Of a stretch of DNA of 29,116 nt, positions 9,092-18,799 are shown one piece after another (within the stretch, counting starts at the first letter, position 1; every line of letters begins with the position of its first letter). The position numbers and the translations under genes were made by a program. Source of the DNA: Desulfuromonadales bacterium (GTDB taxonomy: Bacteria; Desulfobacterota; Desulfuromonadia; Desulfuromonadales; SZUA-540); contig JAWSUS010000031.1 of assembly GCA_033549025.1 (NCBI GenBank), forward strand, positions 1 through 29,116, read 5' to 3'. The notes beneath the pieces were generated by a model that searched no databases, had not been told where the DNA came from, and was given only the letters and a program-made list of their open reading frames with translations.

Positions 9092-11710
9092 TCACACCAC
9101 CTTCTGTTTCAACTCGGCCAGAATATTCAAGGCTTGCAAGGGCGTCAGCGTGGAGATATCGAGATCCTCCAGGCATTGGCGGATTTCGTCGGTGCCCGGG
9201 TTGAAGAGAGACAACTGATCAGGGCTGCTTTTGGCGCGCACTCCCTGCTTGCCCTTGGCCAGTCGCGGGACACCCTCCTGTTCGAATTCCCCCGACTCAA
9301 GATTTTTAAGGACTTCTCGGGCACGCTGGATCACAGCGACCGGCAGACCGGCGAGCCGGGCGACCTGGATGCCGTAGGAGTGGCTGGCGCCGCCGGCGAC
9401 GATCTTGCGCAAAAAGATGATCTGGTCATTCCACTCCCGCACGGCGATGTTGAAGTTTTTGACCCGCTCCCGGGTCAGGGCCAGGTCGGTCAGTTCATGA
9501 TAGTGGGTGGCGAAAAGCGTACGGGCCGCCACCTGCGGATTGTCATGCAGGTATTCGGCCACGGCCCAGGCAATGCTGACGCCATCGAAGGTAGAGGTCC
9601 CCCGGCCGATTTCATCGAGGATGATCAGGCTGCGGCGGCTGGCATGGTTGAGAATATTGGCTGTCTCCGTCATTTCGACCATGAAGGTCGATTGCCCGCG
9701 CGCCAGGTTGTCGCTGGCGCCGACCCGCGTAAAGATGCGGTCGGCTACGCCGATGCAAGCGGAACTGGCCGGCACCAGGCTGCCCATCTGGGCCAGCAGA
9801 GTAATGAGGGCGACCTGGCGCATGAAGGTGGATTTGCCCGCCATGTTGGGGCCGGTGATGATGAGCAGCTGGTTGTCGTCGCCATTCATTTCCACATCGT
9901 TGGGCACGAAACCCTCATTGAGGTTCATGGACTCGATGACGGGATGACGCCCTTCGATGATGGTCAGCTCCAGGCTCTCTTCGATCTGGGGTGCGACGTA
10001 ACGGCGGTCGTGGGCCAAATCCGCCAGAGAGCAGAGAACATCCAGGGTTGCCAGGGCATCCGCCGTCTGCTGAATGCGCCTTCCCTGCGAAGCGACCTGC
10101 TGGCGCACCTGCTGGAAGATATCGTATTCCAGCTCCACGATCCTGTCCTCGGCGCCGAGGACTTTGTCCTCATATTCCTTCAGGGCCGGCGTGATATAGC
10201 GCTCGGCGTTGGCCAGAGTCTGCTTGCGCTGGTAGTCCTCCGGCACCCGGCTGATCTGGCCCTTGGAAACCTCGATATAGTAGCCGAAGACTTTATTGAA
10301 CCGTACCTTGAGGGTGGAGATGCCGGTGCGCTCCTTCTCCTGGGCCTCCAGCCGCGCGATCCAGCCTTTGCCTTCCTTGCTGATATGGCGCAGCTCATCC
10401 AGGGATTGGTTGAATCCATCCCGAATCAGGCCGCCTTCGCGCAGGACGAAGGGAGGATCGTCGGCGATGGCGCGGCCGATGATCTCCTGAACGTCGTCCA
10501 GAGGGTCGATTTGGTCGCAAAGGTCGCTCAGAAAAGGACTTTCCAACCCTGTGAGCCCGTCGATGAGGACCGGGAGACGGCCGAGAGAACCGCAAAGGGC
10601 CACCAGGTCCTTGGCATTGGCGTTGCCCATGGCGATCTTGCCGTTCAGGCGCTCCAGGTCATAGACACCATCGAGCGCGCCCCGCAAATCGTTGCGCGGC
10701 AGACTCTGCTCGACGAGTTCGGCCACCGCCTGCTGGCGCCGGCGAATCCGCTCCACATCCACCAGGGGATGATGGATCCATTGGCGCAGCAGCCGGCCGC
10801 CCATGGCCGTCATGGTGCGGTCGAGCACACCAAGGAGGGAGCCCTTCCTGCCGCCCTGCAAGGTGGCGGTCAGCTCAAGGTTGCGACGGGTGGCGTCGTC
10901 AAGGACCATATAATCGCGGGTATGATAGGTGGTCAGGGCCCGGATATGATCAAGAGCCCCCTTCTGGGTCTCCTCCAGGTAGGTGAGGATGGCGCCGGCC
11001 GCCCTGATGGCACCGGGCAGATCGGCACAGCCAAACGAATCGAGGGAGCCACTGGCAAAGAACTGCAGGATGAGTTTTTGGGCCCGATCACCGGCCAGGG
11101 CCCAGTCGGGCAACGTATTGACCATGCGATCCTGCAGAGAAGTGGCCAGCAACTGGCGGAGCTCTTCGCCGGCTGCGCCTTCGGGAAGAAGCACTTCACG
11201 CGGATTGACGGAAGCCAGTTCGCTGCGGACACTTTCCAGGGATTCGACCTGCGTGACCCGAAACTCCCCCGTCGTGATGTCGATGATGCCGATTCCCCAA
11301 CGATCCTCCTCATCGGGAATCAAAGCCATCAGGTAGTTGTTTTCCTTCGGCTGCAGGGTATCGGTATCGACAATCAATCCCGGCGTGACCACCCGCACGA
11401 CCTCGCGCTTGACGATCCCCTTGGCAGCGCGCGGGTCTTCCACCTGTTCGCACACCGCCACCTTGTAGCCGTTTTCCACCAGACGGGCGATGTAGGGCTG
11501 GCTGCTGTGGTAAGGAATGCCGCACAGGGGCACCTCTTCGGCTGCCCCCTTGTTGCGGGAGGTCAGGGTGATGTCCAGAACGCGGGAAGCCGTGACGGCA
11601 TCCTCCATGAACATCTCGTAAAAATCACCCAGACGAAAGAAGAGGATGGCGTCGGGATACTGGGATTTGATCTCCAGATACTGGCGCATCATGGGAGTAG
11701 TACTGGACAT
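9092..11710 (-). CDS. mutS: DNA mismatch repair protein MutS
   Basis: Motifs [17 protein letters not shown], Walker [31 protein letters not shown] and SYGIQVA. Start set to ATG at 11710. Confidence 0.97.
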   Translation of the reverse strand: MSSTTPMMRQYLEIKSQYPDAILFFRLGDFYEMFMEDAVTASRVLDITLTSRNKGAAEEVPLCGIPYHSSQPYIARLVENGYKVAVCEQVEDPRAAKGIVKREVVRVVTPGLIVDTDTLQPKENNYLMALIPDEEDRWGIGIIDITTGEFRVTQVESLESVRSELASVNPREVLLPEGAAGEELRQLLATSLQDRMVNTLPDWALAGDRAQKLILQFFASGSLDSFGCADLPGAIRAAGAILTYLEETQKGALDHIRALTTYHTRDYMVLDDATRRNLELTATLQGGRKGSLLGVLDRTMTAMGGRLLRQWIHHPLVDVERIRRRQQAVAELVEQSLPRNDLRGALDGVYDLERLNGKIAMGNANAKDLVALCGSLGRLPVLIDGLTGLESPFLSDLCDQIDPLDDVQEIIGRAIADDPPFVLREGGLIRDGFNQSLDELRHISKEGKGWIARLEAQEKERTGISTLKVRFNKVFGYYIEVSKGQISRVPEDYQRKQTLANAERYITPALKEYEDKVLGAEDRIVELEYDIFQQVRQQVASQGRRIQQTADALATLDVLCSLADLAHDRRYVAPQIEESLELTIIEGRHPVIESMNLNEGFVPNDVEMNGDDNQLLIITGPNMAGKSTFMRQVALITLLAQMGSLVPASSACIGVADRIFTRVGASDNLARGQSTFMVEMTETANILNHASRRSLIILDEIGRGTSTFDGVSIAWAVAEYLHDNPQVAARTLFATHYHELTDLALTRERVKNFNIAVREWNDQIIFLRKIVAGGASHSYGIQVARLAGLPVAVIQRAREVLKNLESGEFEQEGVPRLAKGKQGVRAKSSPDQLSLFNPGTDEIRQCLEDLDISTLTPLQALNILAELKQKVV

Positions 11711-11809
11711 GAACGACAAAAACCTCAAGTAGGATAGAATGATCTGGCAACCTATAGCCCTTGGGCCGGCGACGGAACGGCTTTGAAAGCACCGGGCAAA
11801 AGCGGAGTT

Positions 11810-11838
11810 ATGTTAACAAACCGCCCTTTTCATGTAAA
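11810..11838 (-). promoter_or_regulatory. sigma70-type promoter for the mutS run
   Basis: Minus strand reads TTTACA-N17-TAACAT, with an extended -10 TG. Confidence 0.5.
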
Positions 11839-11879
11839 TAGCAATCCCAGCGCACTTCGGAGCGAGAAGGTCAAAAACC

Positions 11880-11910
11880 TTGACCTCATCCGGTCGCAGT
11901 GATAGATAAT
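11880..11910 (+). promoter_or_regulatory. sigma70-type promoter for the hypothetical-CDF pair
   Basis: TTGACC-N17-TAGATA(AT), with TG before the -10; AAGGAG SD follows. Confidence 0.5.
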
Positions 11911-11932
11911 CCGGCAGCCAAGGAGATTATCA

Positions 11933-12454
11933 ATGAGCCAAGCAGACCTCTCGGCCGCGGCCGATCAACTTTTCGCCTCCGAAAATTTCGACGTCAAAAG
12001 CCTGCAGGATGAAATACGCCTGAGCGATCTCGTCGATCAGCTCCTCAAACTTTTTTACCTCGATCTGGTCGAGGAGCAGGCCCATAGTCCTGAGACGGCC
12101 AGCGAAAAAGCCTACGCAGCCTCTTACTTCCTCAAAGACTTCGTCATCGACCAATGTCGGGAGAATATCTTCCACCTACGTCCGCACCGCGTACGTCAAT
12201 TTGCCGGCAACTGGTACATCGTCCGCAATCTGGAACCCAACATGGTAGAACTCGCCTCTCTTCTGCAGGGAATTCGGGCCTTCTATCGTTACCTGGCCGG
12301 CGCGGGCCGAATCAGTGCCGAGCTGGCGGCCGCCATCGACAAAGACTGCGAAAATCTGGACTACTACCGTCAGCGTATCGAAAGCTTCTGGGCCATCGAG
12401 AAAGACGGCTACCTCCCCTGGGAGGCGGCCTGCTCTCTGAAAGACACCCCCTGA
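11933..12454 (+). CDS. hypothetical protein resembling a tyrosine-recombinase N-terminal core-binding (SAM-like) domain
   Basis: AAGGAG SD and normal codon usage support a real gene. The helical pattern FYLDLVEEQAHSPET...GIRAFYRYL parallels the XerD N-domain. Function is inferred only. Confidence 0.8.
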   Translation: MSQADLSAAADQLFASENFDVKSLQDEIRLSDLVDQLLKLFYLDLVEEQAHSPETASEKAYAASYFLKDFVIDQCRENIFHLRPHRVRQFAGNWYIVRNLEPNMVELASLLQGIRAFYRYLAGAGRISAELAAAIDKDCENLDYYRQRIESFWAIEKDGYLPWEAACSLKDTP

Positions 12455-12470
12455 CCCAGCGAGTTTCGCC

Positions 12471-13433
12471 ATGTCTTCTGCAAAAGCTAAAGTCACCGCG
12501 GCCCGCATTTCCATCGCCATGGCCAGCGGTCTGGCCGTACTGAAGCTGGCCACCGGCCTGGCCACGGGTTCGATGGCCGTTCTCTCCTCGGCCATCGATT
12601 CTCTTCTCGACATTTTAATGTCGGGCGTCAACCTCTTCGCCATCAGCCGCGCCGTCCAACCGGCAGATAAATGCCATCCCTTCGGCCACGGCAAATACGA
12701 AACCCTCGCCACGATCATTCAATCCGTGGTTATCGCCGCCTCCGGCGGCTGGATCATCTATGAATCGGTCCACCGTCTTATAGAGGGGGCTGAACTCGTC
12801 CATCTGAACCAGGGGATCATTGTCCTGGTCATCAGCGCCATCGCCTCCTGGTGGATCAGCCGCTACCTGCGGCGGGTGGCCAGGGAGACGGACTCATCGG
12901 CTCTTGAAGCGGATTCGCTGCATTTCAGCATGGATGTCTACACCAACAGTGCCCTGATCGTGGGTCTGGTAGTAATCTCCTTCGTGAACATCCCCTGGCT
13001 TGACCCGGTACTGTCCATTCTGGTGGCCCTGTATATCCTCTTTGAAGCGGTACGTCTCGTTCGCCACGGCCTGCGGGATGTCCTCGATGAAGAACTGCCT
13101 GAGCCCATTCGACGGGAGATAACCGATCTCATCGACGCCCACCGAAAAATTCTGCTCGACTACCACAATCTGCGCACGCGCCGGGCCGGTTCGCAGAAAA
13201 TCATCGACTTCCATCTGACGGTCTGCAAGCATCTCTCCGTGGAAGAGGCCCATGCCATTGCCGATCACCTGGAGAAGCGTATTCAGGAAGACATTCCCGG
13301 CGCGGACGTCATCATCCACATCGATCCCTGCCAGCAGGAAAACTGCCCGGGGATGGAAGCCTGCCCCGCCGACAAAACCCGCCTGGAAGACCATATCCTC
13401 GAAGAGACCCAAAAGCAAAAAGAGACCCCCTGA
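12471..13433 (+). CDS. cation diffusion facilitator transporter (FieF/YiiP-like)
   Basis: TM2 DSLLD, PAD..HPFGHGKYE loop and TM5 HFSMD; C-terminal domain with IDFHL, EAHAI and IHIDP. Confidence 0.93.
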   Translation: MSSAKAKVTAARISIAMASGLAVLKLATGLATGSMAVLSSAIDSLLDILMSGVNLFAISRAVQPADKCHPFGHGKYETLATIIQSVVIAASGGWIIYESVHRLIEGAELVHLNQGIIVLVISAIASWWISRYLRRVARETDSSALEADSLHFSMDVYTNSALIVGLVVISFVNIPWLDPVLSILVALYILFEAVRLVRHGLRDVLDEELPEPIRREITDLIDAHRKILLDYHNLRTRRAGSQKIIDFHLTVCKHLSVEEAHAIADHLEKRIQEDIPGADVIIHIDPCQQENCPGMEACPADKTRLEDHILEETQKQKETP

Positions 13434-13448
13434 GGAGGTCTCTTTTTG
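13416..13448. terminator. bidirectional intrinsic terminator between the convergent CDF and MCP genes
   Basis: CAAAAAGAGACC-ccctgagga-GGTCTCTTTTTG, with an A-tract on one side and a T-tract on the other. Overlaps the CDF stop. Confidence 0.8.
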
Positions 13449-13477
13449 GTGTTTCAGACAATTTTTTGAACCCGATC

Positions 13478-15553
13478 TCAGTCGGCCGAACTGCCGATGC
13501 GGCGGAGACGTTCCAGGCTTTCGATAACCTCGCGGCTCCCTTTCTGGCGCTCCTCGATAGCGGAAAAAATGCGTCCGGCGATATTGCTGACGGAGCCGAC
13601 GGCCGTTTCAATCTCCCGGGTATGCGCTTTCTGGCGATCGGTCGCTTCCGCCATTTCATCGGCCATCGTTTTGATTTCTTCAATGGACTGGGCGATGCTG
13701 CGCGTTCCCTGCGACTGTTCTTTGGAGGCCTGGGATATGTGGGCCGCCATCTCGCCGAGCCGCTCAATGGATCCGGTCACGAAATCGGCACTTTTGGAGA
13801 CCTCTTCCGTGGCCTTGCGAATCTCCCGGCTCATGTCCATGGCGAGGGAAGCGCTGTCGAGAATCTGATTAAGCGCCTCTTCGACATGCTCGCCCTGGGC
13901 AATGCCATCCTGTACGAGCTGCCGGGTGGTCTCGGCCTGCCGTCCCGTTTCCTGCGAATACTTCTGAATTTCCTCGATAATATACGAAATGACCCCGGTC
14001 GACTGGGAGGTCTCCTGGGAAAGCTTACGCACCTCTTCAGCTACAACGGCGAAGGAATGGCCATGCTCACCGGCCTGGGCGGCGATAATCGAGGCATTGA
14101 GGGCAAGAAGGTTGGTCTTCTGGGAAATTTCAGTGATGACCTCGTTGATGCTGCCGACCTCCTCCCCCTTCTGGCAGAGGCGCTGGATGCTTTCCACGGT
14201 ACTTTCGACCGCCTCGGAAATACCGTGCAGGCCGTACTGGGCGTTGGCCACGGCCTCGGCTCCTTTTTCCGCCTGCTCCCTGACCGTCTGCGACATTTCG
14301 TGAGAACGGACGCCGTTTTCCTGCACTGAGCGGATGGTGGAGGAGATCTCGGTCATCGTCGATATGGATTTATCCATAAAATCGGTGAGTTGCGAGATAT
14401 TCTGGACAACCTCGTCAATGGAGACGGCAATTTCATTGGCGGCCGAGCGGGTAGTCGTCACGGCGCCCTGCACGACATCGGCGCCATGGGAAATTTCGAC
14501 CGTAGCCTCCGCATTGGACTCCGCCGCCCGCCGCAGAGCGAAATCGAGCCGGCCGTATTCCTGCCGATACTTGAGCAATTCCTGAAAGGTGGTCTCGAGC
14601 TCGCCGGTCAGGGTGTCGACCGCCTCGAGCAGGTCGATCTTGGTGATGGTGGAGGCCACCTGATCGGCGAAGAGTTTCACCGTATCGACATCCGTATCGT
14701 CGATGTGCTTGCGGTTTATCTTGTTGTCGACGGCAAAAAGTCCGACCACCTGGTCGCGCACCACAATGGGACAGAGGATGAATCGACGCGAGCGAAGCTG
14801 CTCGATCTGGTCGTATGGCGGCTGCAGGTGATAGTCCTTCCCCAACTGGGTAATATCGTCAACCAGAAGCAGACGGTTCTCGCTGACGACCTTGTACAAG
14901 GCACCGGCCCGCGCATCGATTGCCAGTGTGATACCGGAGACATCGTCGTCCCCGCAGCCGCGGCTGGCAATGAATTCAAGCACCTGCTGCTGCCGGTTGA
15001 CCATGAGAATGTTGACGCGGTCATAACCGAGGATGTCGTGCAGGCCGTCGGCAGCCAACTTCAGAACCTCGCGGACATCGAGGGATTTCTGAATGTGGTT
15101 GCTGATCGAATGAAAGTTTTTAATGCTGTGGTTCAGCTCGCGAAATCGCCGTTCGAACTCTTCTTTCTGCCGGGCGATGGCTGTATTGAGCTCGTCCAGA
15201 TGCAGAGCTCTTTCGTGAATTTTCTGGGAAGTCTTGCCCAGGTAGAAACCGAAGGCCCCCAGCACAAGGGCCGTGCCAAGGCCCATATAGGCATACAGCA
15301 ACCGGCCTTCTTCAGAGCCGATAAAAGGTCCGACAATCTGCTGCCATAAAGTCTGTTCGGGATCCCAGAACAGGATGAGTCTCAGAAGTATCCAGCCCAG
15401 AGGCGCCAGAATTCCCAGGGCAAATCCCCCGGTGGCGTAAACCCTGCTGCGGTTGAGCTCTTTTTCTGCCGGTACTGCCGTCGCTGTCAATGCGGCCCCC
15501 TTTGTTCCCAAGTGTGTCGCTGTACGCTGTGGTTGATAAGGTAGCGATTTCAC
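13478..15553 (-). CDS. methyl-accepting chemotaxis protein with a cytoplasmic GAF domain
   Basis: Two close N-terminal TM helices, a coiled coil, a GAF domain (SLDVREVL...GYDRVNI...[10 protein letters not shown]...LFADQVA) and an MCP tip ([33 protein letters not shown]). Start codon uncertain. Confidence 0.92.
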   Translation of the reverse strand: MKSLPYQPQRTATHLGTKGAALTATAVPAEKELNRSRVYATGGFALGILAPLGWILLRLILFWDPEQTLWQQIVGPFIGSEEGRLLYAYMGLGTALVLGAFGFYLGKTSQKIHERALHLDELNTAIARQKEEFERRFRELNHSIKNFHSISNHIQKSLDVREVLKLAADGLHDILGYDRVNILMVNRQQQVLEFIASRGCGDDDVSGITLAIDARAGALYKVVSENRLLLVDDITQLGKDYHLQPPYDQIEQLRSRRFILCPIVVRDQVVGLFAVDNKINRKHIDDTDVDTVKLFADQVASTITKIDLLEAVDTLTGELETTFQELLKYRQEYGRLDFALRRAAESNAEATVEISHGADVVQGAVTTTRSAANEIAVSIDEVVQNISQLTDFMDKSISTMTEISSTIRSVQENGVRSHEMSQTVREQAEKGAEAVANAQYGLHGISEAVESTVESIQRLCQKGEEVGSINEVITEISQKTNLLALNASIIAAQAGEHGHSFAVVAEEVRKLSQETSQSTGVISYIIEEIQKYSQETGRQAETTRQLVQDGIAQGEHVEEALNQILDSASLAMDMSREIRKATEEVSKSADFVTGSIERLGEMAAHISQASKEQSQGTRSIAQSIEEIKTMADEMAEATDRQKAHTREIETAVGSVSNIAGRIFSAIEERQKGSREVIESLERLRRIGSSAD

Positions 15554-15574
15554 GAGGCTACGGTCAAGAACTAT

Positions 15575-16663
15575 CTATCGCCCCAGCATGACGCCAAGGT
15601 CTTCGGCGGCCTTGACGAGATCGCCTTCGGGATCGACCAGGTTCAGGGCGCCGACCGCCTTCTCGATTTCCACGGCGACAACCTCCCGACCTCGCAACGC
15701 CACCATATTGCCGAATCTCCCCTGTTCGATAAGCTCCACGGCCTTAACGCCAAAGCGCGAGCTCAAAATGCGGTCAAAGGAGGAGGGTGTGCCGCCGCGC
15801 TGTACGTGGCCCAGAACAACCGTACGCACCTCCATGTCGAGGCATTGACGAATATGATGACTCACAAACTGGCCGATGCCTCCCAGGCGTTCAACGCCAA
15901 GGTTCTGCTCTGCGCTGAGTTGGGTGACCTTGTCCCCCCCAGCGGGAAAGGCGCCTTCAGCCACCACGACAATGGAAAAGCGGCTGCCCGCCGCGCTGCG
16001 CTTCCGGATGGACTGGCAGACCTTGTCGAGGTCAAAAGGGATTTCAGGGATGAGAATCACATCGGCGCTGCCGGCAAGTCCGGATTCAAGCGCGATCCAA
16101 CCGGCATCGCGCCCCATGACCTCGACCACCATGACGCGCTGATGGCTCTCCGCCGTCGTGTGTAGACGATCGAGCGCCTCCGTCACGATTCCCACGGCCG
16201 TATTGTAGCCGAAGGTGACATCGGTCCCCCTCAGGTCGTTATCAATCGTCTTGGGAACGCCGACGACCGGGATCCCTCTTTCATTGAGCGCACGGGCGAT
16301 TTTGAGGGTACCATCCCCCCCCACGGCGATGAGCGCGTCTGCCCCGATGGCTTTGAAATTCTGCACGACTTCAGCGGACACATCGACCAGAGCCGACTTG
16401 CCGTCGATTTCGCGCGGGTACTGAAAAGGGTTCCCCCGGTTGCTCGTCCCAAGGATGGTCCCGCCCCGGGGGAGAATGCCGCGCACGGAAGCAAGATCGA
16501 GGGTGCGAAATCGTGGTTGTCCCACCAACCCGTCAAATCCGTCCTCGATGCCCAGCACCCTCCAGCCGCGCTGAAGGATCGCCGAACGCACGACGCCGCG
16601 AATAACCGCATTGAGACCCGGGCAATCGCCGCCGCCAGTCAGAATGGCTATGGTTTTACTCAT
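15575..16663 (-). CDS. pfkA: 6-phosphofructokinase (group III type, probably ATP-dependent)
   Basis: Motifs TGGGDCPGLN, GGTILGT, GGDGT, PKTIDND, EVMGR and LGHVQRGG. GGDG rather than GGDD points to ATP use. Confidence 0.93.
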   Translation of the reverse strand: MSKTIAILTGGGDCPGLNAVIRGVVRSAILQRGWRVLGIEDGFDGLVGQPRFRTLDLASVRGILPRGGTILGTSNRGNPFQYPREIDGKSALVDVSAEVVQNFKAIGADALIAVGGDGTLKIARALNERGIPVVGVPKTIDNDLRGTDVTFGYNTAVGIVTEALDRLHTTAESHQRVMVVEVMGRDAGWIALESGLAGSADVILIPEIPFDLDKVCQSIRKRSAAGSRFSIVVVAEGAFPAGGDKVTQLSAEQNLGVERLGGIGQFVSHHIRQCLDMEVRTVVLGHVQRGGTPSSFDRILSSRFGVKAVELIEQGRFGNMVALRGREVVAVEIEKAVGALNLVDPEGDLVKAAEDLGVMLGR

Positions 16664-16710
16664 AAGTGCTCTCCTTGCTTGAGATCAGGACGGTCCAACT
16701 CCTAGAGGAT

Positions 16711-17697
16711 TCAGGGGAAGTCGGGCTGGCCGGAATGGAGCAGACGGTCCCAGGCCAGCCGCGCCGCACCGATCATCCCGGCCCGGTCTTTCAGCTTTCC
16801 CTGGACGATCTTCAAACGTCGCACCGGAATGGCAAAGCCGCGTATTTTCAGCTCGGCGTCTAAAGAGGGCCGCATCAGATCAAGACTGTCGCTGGCCCCC
16901 CCGGTGATGATTACCCCGTCGATATTGAGCAGATTGGCGACAGCGGCCAAGGCCTGCCCGAGGCGGCGCCCCCCTTCGGCGAGAGCGGCCAAAGCGGCAG
17001 TGTCCCCCTGGCGGGCGGCCGCGGCGACCTGTTCGCTGGTCAGCCGAGAAGGCTCGATAGAGGACAGGCGGCTCGGAACCCCAAGGTCGATGGCCTCTAG
17101 AACGTTGCGCACGAGGCCACGGGCCGAGCTGTACTGTTCAAGGCACCCCCGACTGCCGCAACCACAGGGTCTCCCTTCCGGCTCAACCATAATATGGCCG
17201 ATTTCCCCGGCGGCACCATCAGCCCCTTCCCAAAGACGGCCGTTCAGGACAAGCCCCCCACCTACCCCGGTGCCAAGAGTCACCGTCAGGCTGGAGCTGA
17301 ACTGGCGGCCGGCGCCCAGTCGGGCTTCCCCCACAGCGATGGCATTGGCGTCATTCATGACAAGAACAGGAAGGCGCAGGGCGGTCTGCATGTGCCCGGC
17401 GAAGGCAAGTCCATTGAGATGAGGAAGATTGGGGGATATTTCGACCAGGCCCCCCGCCGAGATAACGCCGGGGGTCCCGATGCCGACGGCGGCAACCGGC
17501 CGGCCCATATCCCCCGCGCGGCGAATCATCTCATGGCAGAGCCCTTCCAGCCGCTGCAAAAAAGCGTCTCGGCCTGAAGAAGCGTCCGTCGACGTGCGTT
17601 CGGTGTGTAACGTTTTGCCGTCCGGCTCTACCAGCGCCATGCGGCAATTGGTCCCACCGAGATCCACGCCCAGCAGAAGAGGATCAGCCCCCATCAC
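16711..17697 (-). CDS. ROK-family sugar kinase (glucokinase-like)
   Basis: Motifs GVDLGGT, NDANA, TLGTGVGGG, AGEIGH and CGCGSRGCLE. No N-terminal HTH. Start overlaps the exbD stop. Confidence 0.92.
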   Translation of the reverse strand: MMGADPLLLGVDLGGTNCRMALVEPDGKTLHTERTSTDASSGRDAFLQRLEGLCHEMIRRAGDMGRPVAAVGIGTPGVISAGGLVEISPNLPHLNGLAFAGHMQTALRLPVLVMNDANAIAVGEARLGAGRQFSSSLTVTLGTGVGGGLVLNGRLWEGADGAAGEIGHIMVEPEGRPCGCGSRGCLEQYSSARGLVRNVLEAIDLGVPSRLSSIEPSRLTSEQVAAAARQGDTAALAALAEGGRRLGQALAAVANLLNIDGVIITGGASDSLDLMRPSLDAELKIRGFAIPVRRLKIVQGKLKDRAGMIGAARLAWDRLLHSGQPDFP

Positions 17698-18101
17698 CGT
17701 TCGGCACTTTCTGTGGCGATAGCCAGCTTTTTAAAGCCCGCCAGGCGCGCCTCATCCATCAGCTCGACGACCCGGCCATGAAAAGCCTCCTTGTCCGCCA
17801 GGAGCACAAAAGTGGTGTCGGCCGCTTTTTCGCCAAAGGCCTGCAGGCGCTCCCGGAACTGGGCCAGGCTCACCTTCTGGTCGCCGATGGCAATCGCCCC
17901 GTCCCGGGCGACATACACCTTGATCTCTTCCGGTTCCTTCATTTCGGCCTGAGAGGACGACTCGGGGAGATCGACGGTCAGCCCCGGCGTCTCCACGAAA
18001 GTGGTCGAAATCATGAAGAAGATAAGAAGCAGAAAGACCACGTCGACCATCGGTGTCAGGTCCACCCGAGGGTCTTCCCTCTTTTTGCGCAAAAAAGCCA
18101 T
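17694..18101 (-). CDS. exbD: ExbD/TolR family biopolymer transport protein
   Basis: TM helix DLTPMVDVVFLLLIFFM with the conserved Asp; ADK...VVELMD periplasmic domain. Start moved to ATG at 18101. Confidence 0.9.
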   Translation of the reverse strand: MAFLRKKREDPRVDLTPMVDVVFLLLIFFMISTTFVETPGLTVDLPESSSQAEMKEPEEIKVYVARDGAIAIGDQKVSLAQFRERLQAFGEKAADTTFVLLADKEAFHGRVVELMDEARLAGFKKLAIATESAER

Positions 18102-18105
18102 CTGG

Positions 18106-18705
18106 TTATTCCCCCAGAAGGTCGACAAGGTGCAGTGAATGCATCTCCATTTCCAGCGCCAGACGATCGGCCTTGCCCGTCAGATACTTGTGAAAGAGGA
18201 TGACGGGGATGGCTACGGTCAGACCGGCCGCGGTGGTGATCAAGGCTTCCGAAATGCCGCCGCCGAGGGTGGCCGGGGTGCCGACGCCCTGCACGGCGAT
18301 GACCGTAAAGGCGCGGATCATCCCTAAAACCGTTCCCAACAGGCCAAGGAGCGGTGAAATGGTGGCGATAGTCCCGAGCAGGCCCAGATAGCGTTCAAAA
18401 GGAGCGGTCTCCCGGGCGCCGACCTCCACCACCACGGTCTTTATATGTTCGCGCGGCCGACCGGCCGCTCTTAACGCTGCAATAAAGATGCGGGACAGAG
18501 GCGTGCCCGCTTTCTGGCAGACGACCAGGGCTTCATCGATACGTCTGTTGCGAGCCAGTTCTTCGATATCCTTTACCAGGGGCTCGGTGCCGCGTTGTAC
18601 CTGCAAAAAATACCAGAGTTTCATCAGAAAAATGGCGAGAGCCAGCACCGAGCCGAGCAGGATGGGATACATCAGCGGCCCACCCTTTTGGAATATTTCC
18701 AACAT
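18106..18705 (-). CDS. exbB: MotA/TolQ/ExbB proton-channel protein
   Basis: Motifs GGPLMYPI, PLLGLLGTVLGMIRAF and GISEALITTAAGL. Start moved to ATG at 18705. Confidence 0.9.
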   Translation of the reverse strand: MLEIFQKGGPLMYPILLGSVLALAIFLMKLWYFLQVQRGTEPLVKDIEELARNRRIDEALVVCQKAGTPLSRIFIAALRAAGRPREHIKTVVVEVGARETAPFERYLGLLGTIATISPLLGLLGTVLGMIRAFTVIAVQGVGTPATLGGGISEALITTAAGLTVAIPVILFHKYLTGKADRLALEMEMHSLHLVDLLGE

Positions 18706-18770
18706 GAATCCTACAGTCCTTTCTTCTTCAGCAGATCTTCGACAAGGCAGCATCACCGCGCCCAGAGCGC

Positions 18771-18799
18771 ATTATGGGCAATTCAAAAGCAAAAATCAA
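18771..18799 (-). promoter_or_regulatory. internal sigma70-type promoter upstream of exbB
   Basis: Minus strand reads TTGATT-N17-CATAAT, overlapping the lapA stop in a 90-bp gap. Confidence 0.45.

Noticed and set aside
9089..11737. 882-aa plus-strand ORF exactly antisense to mutS
   Set aside because: It mirrors mutS codon for codon, has no recognisable motifs, and is the stop-free antisense frame expected from GC-rich codon bias.
15575..16663. PPi-dependent PFK
   Set aside because: The diagnostic position reads GGDG, not GGDD, which favours ATP despite the PKTIDND lysine.
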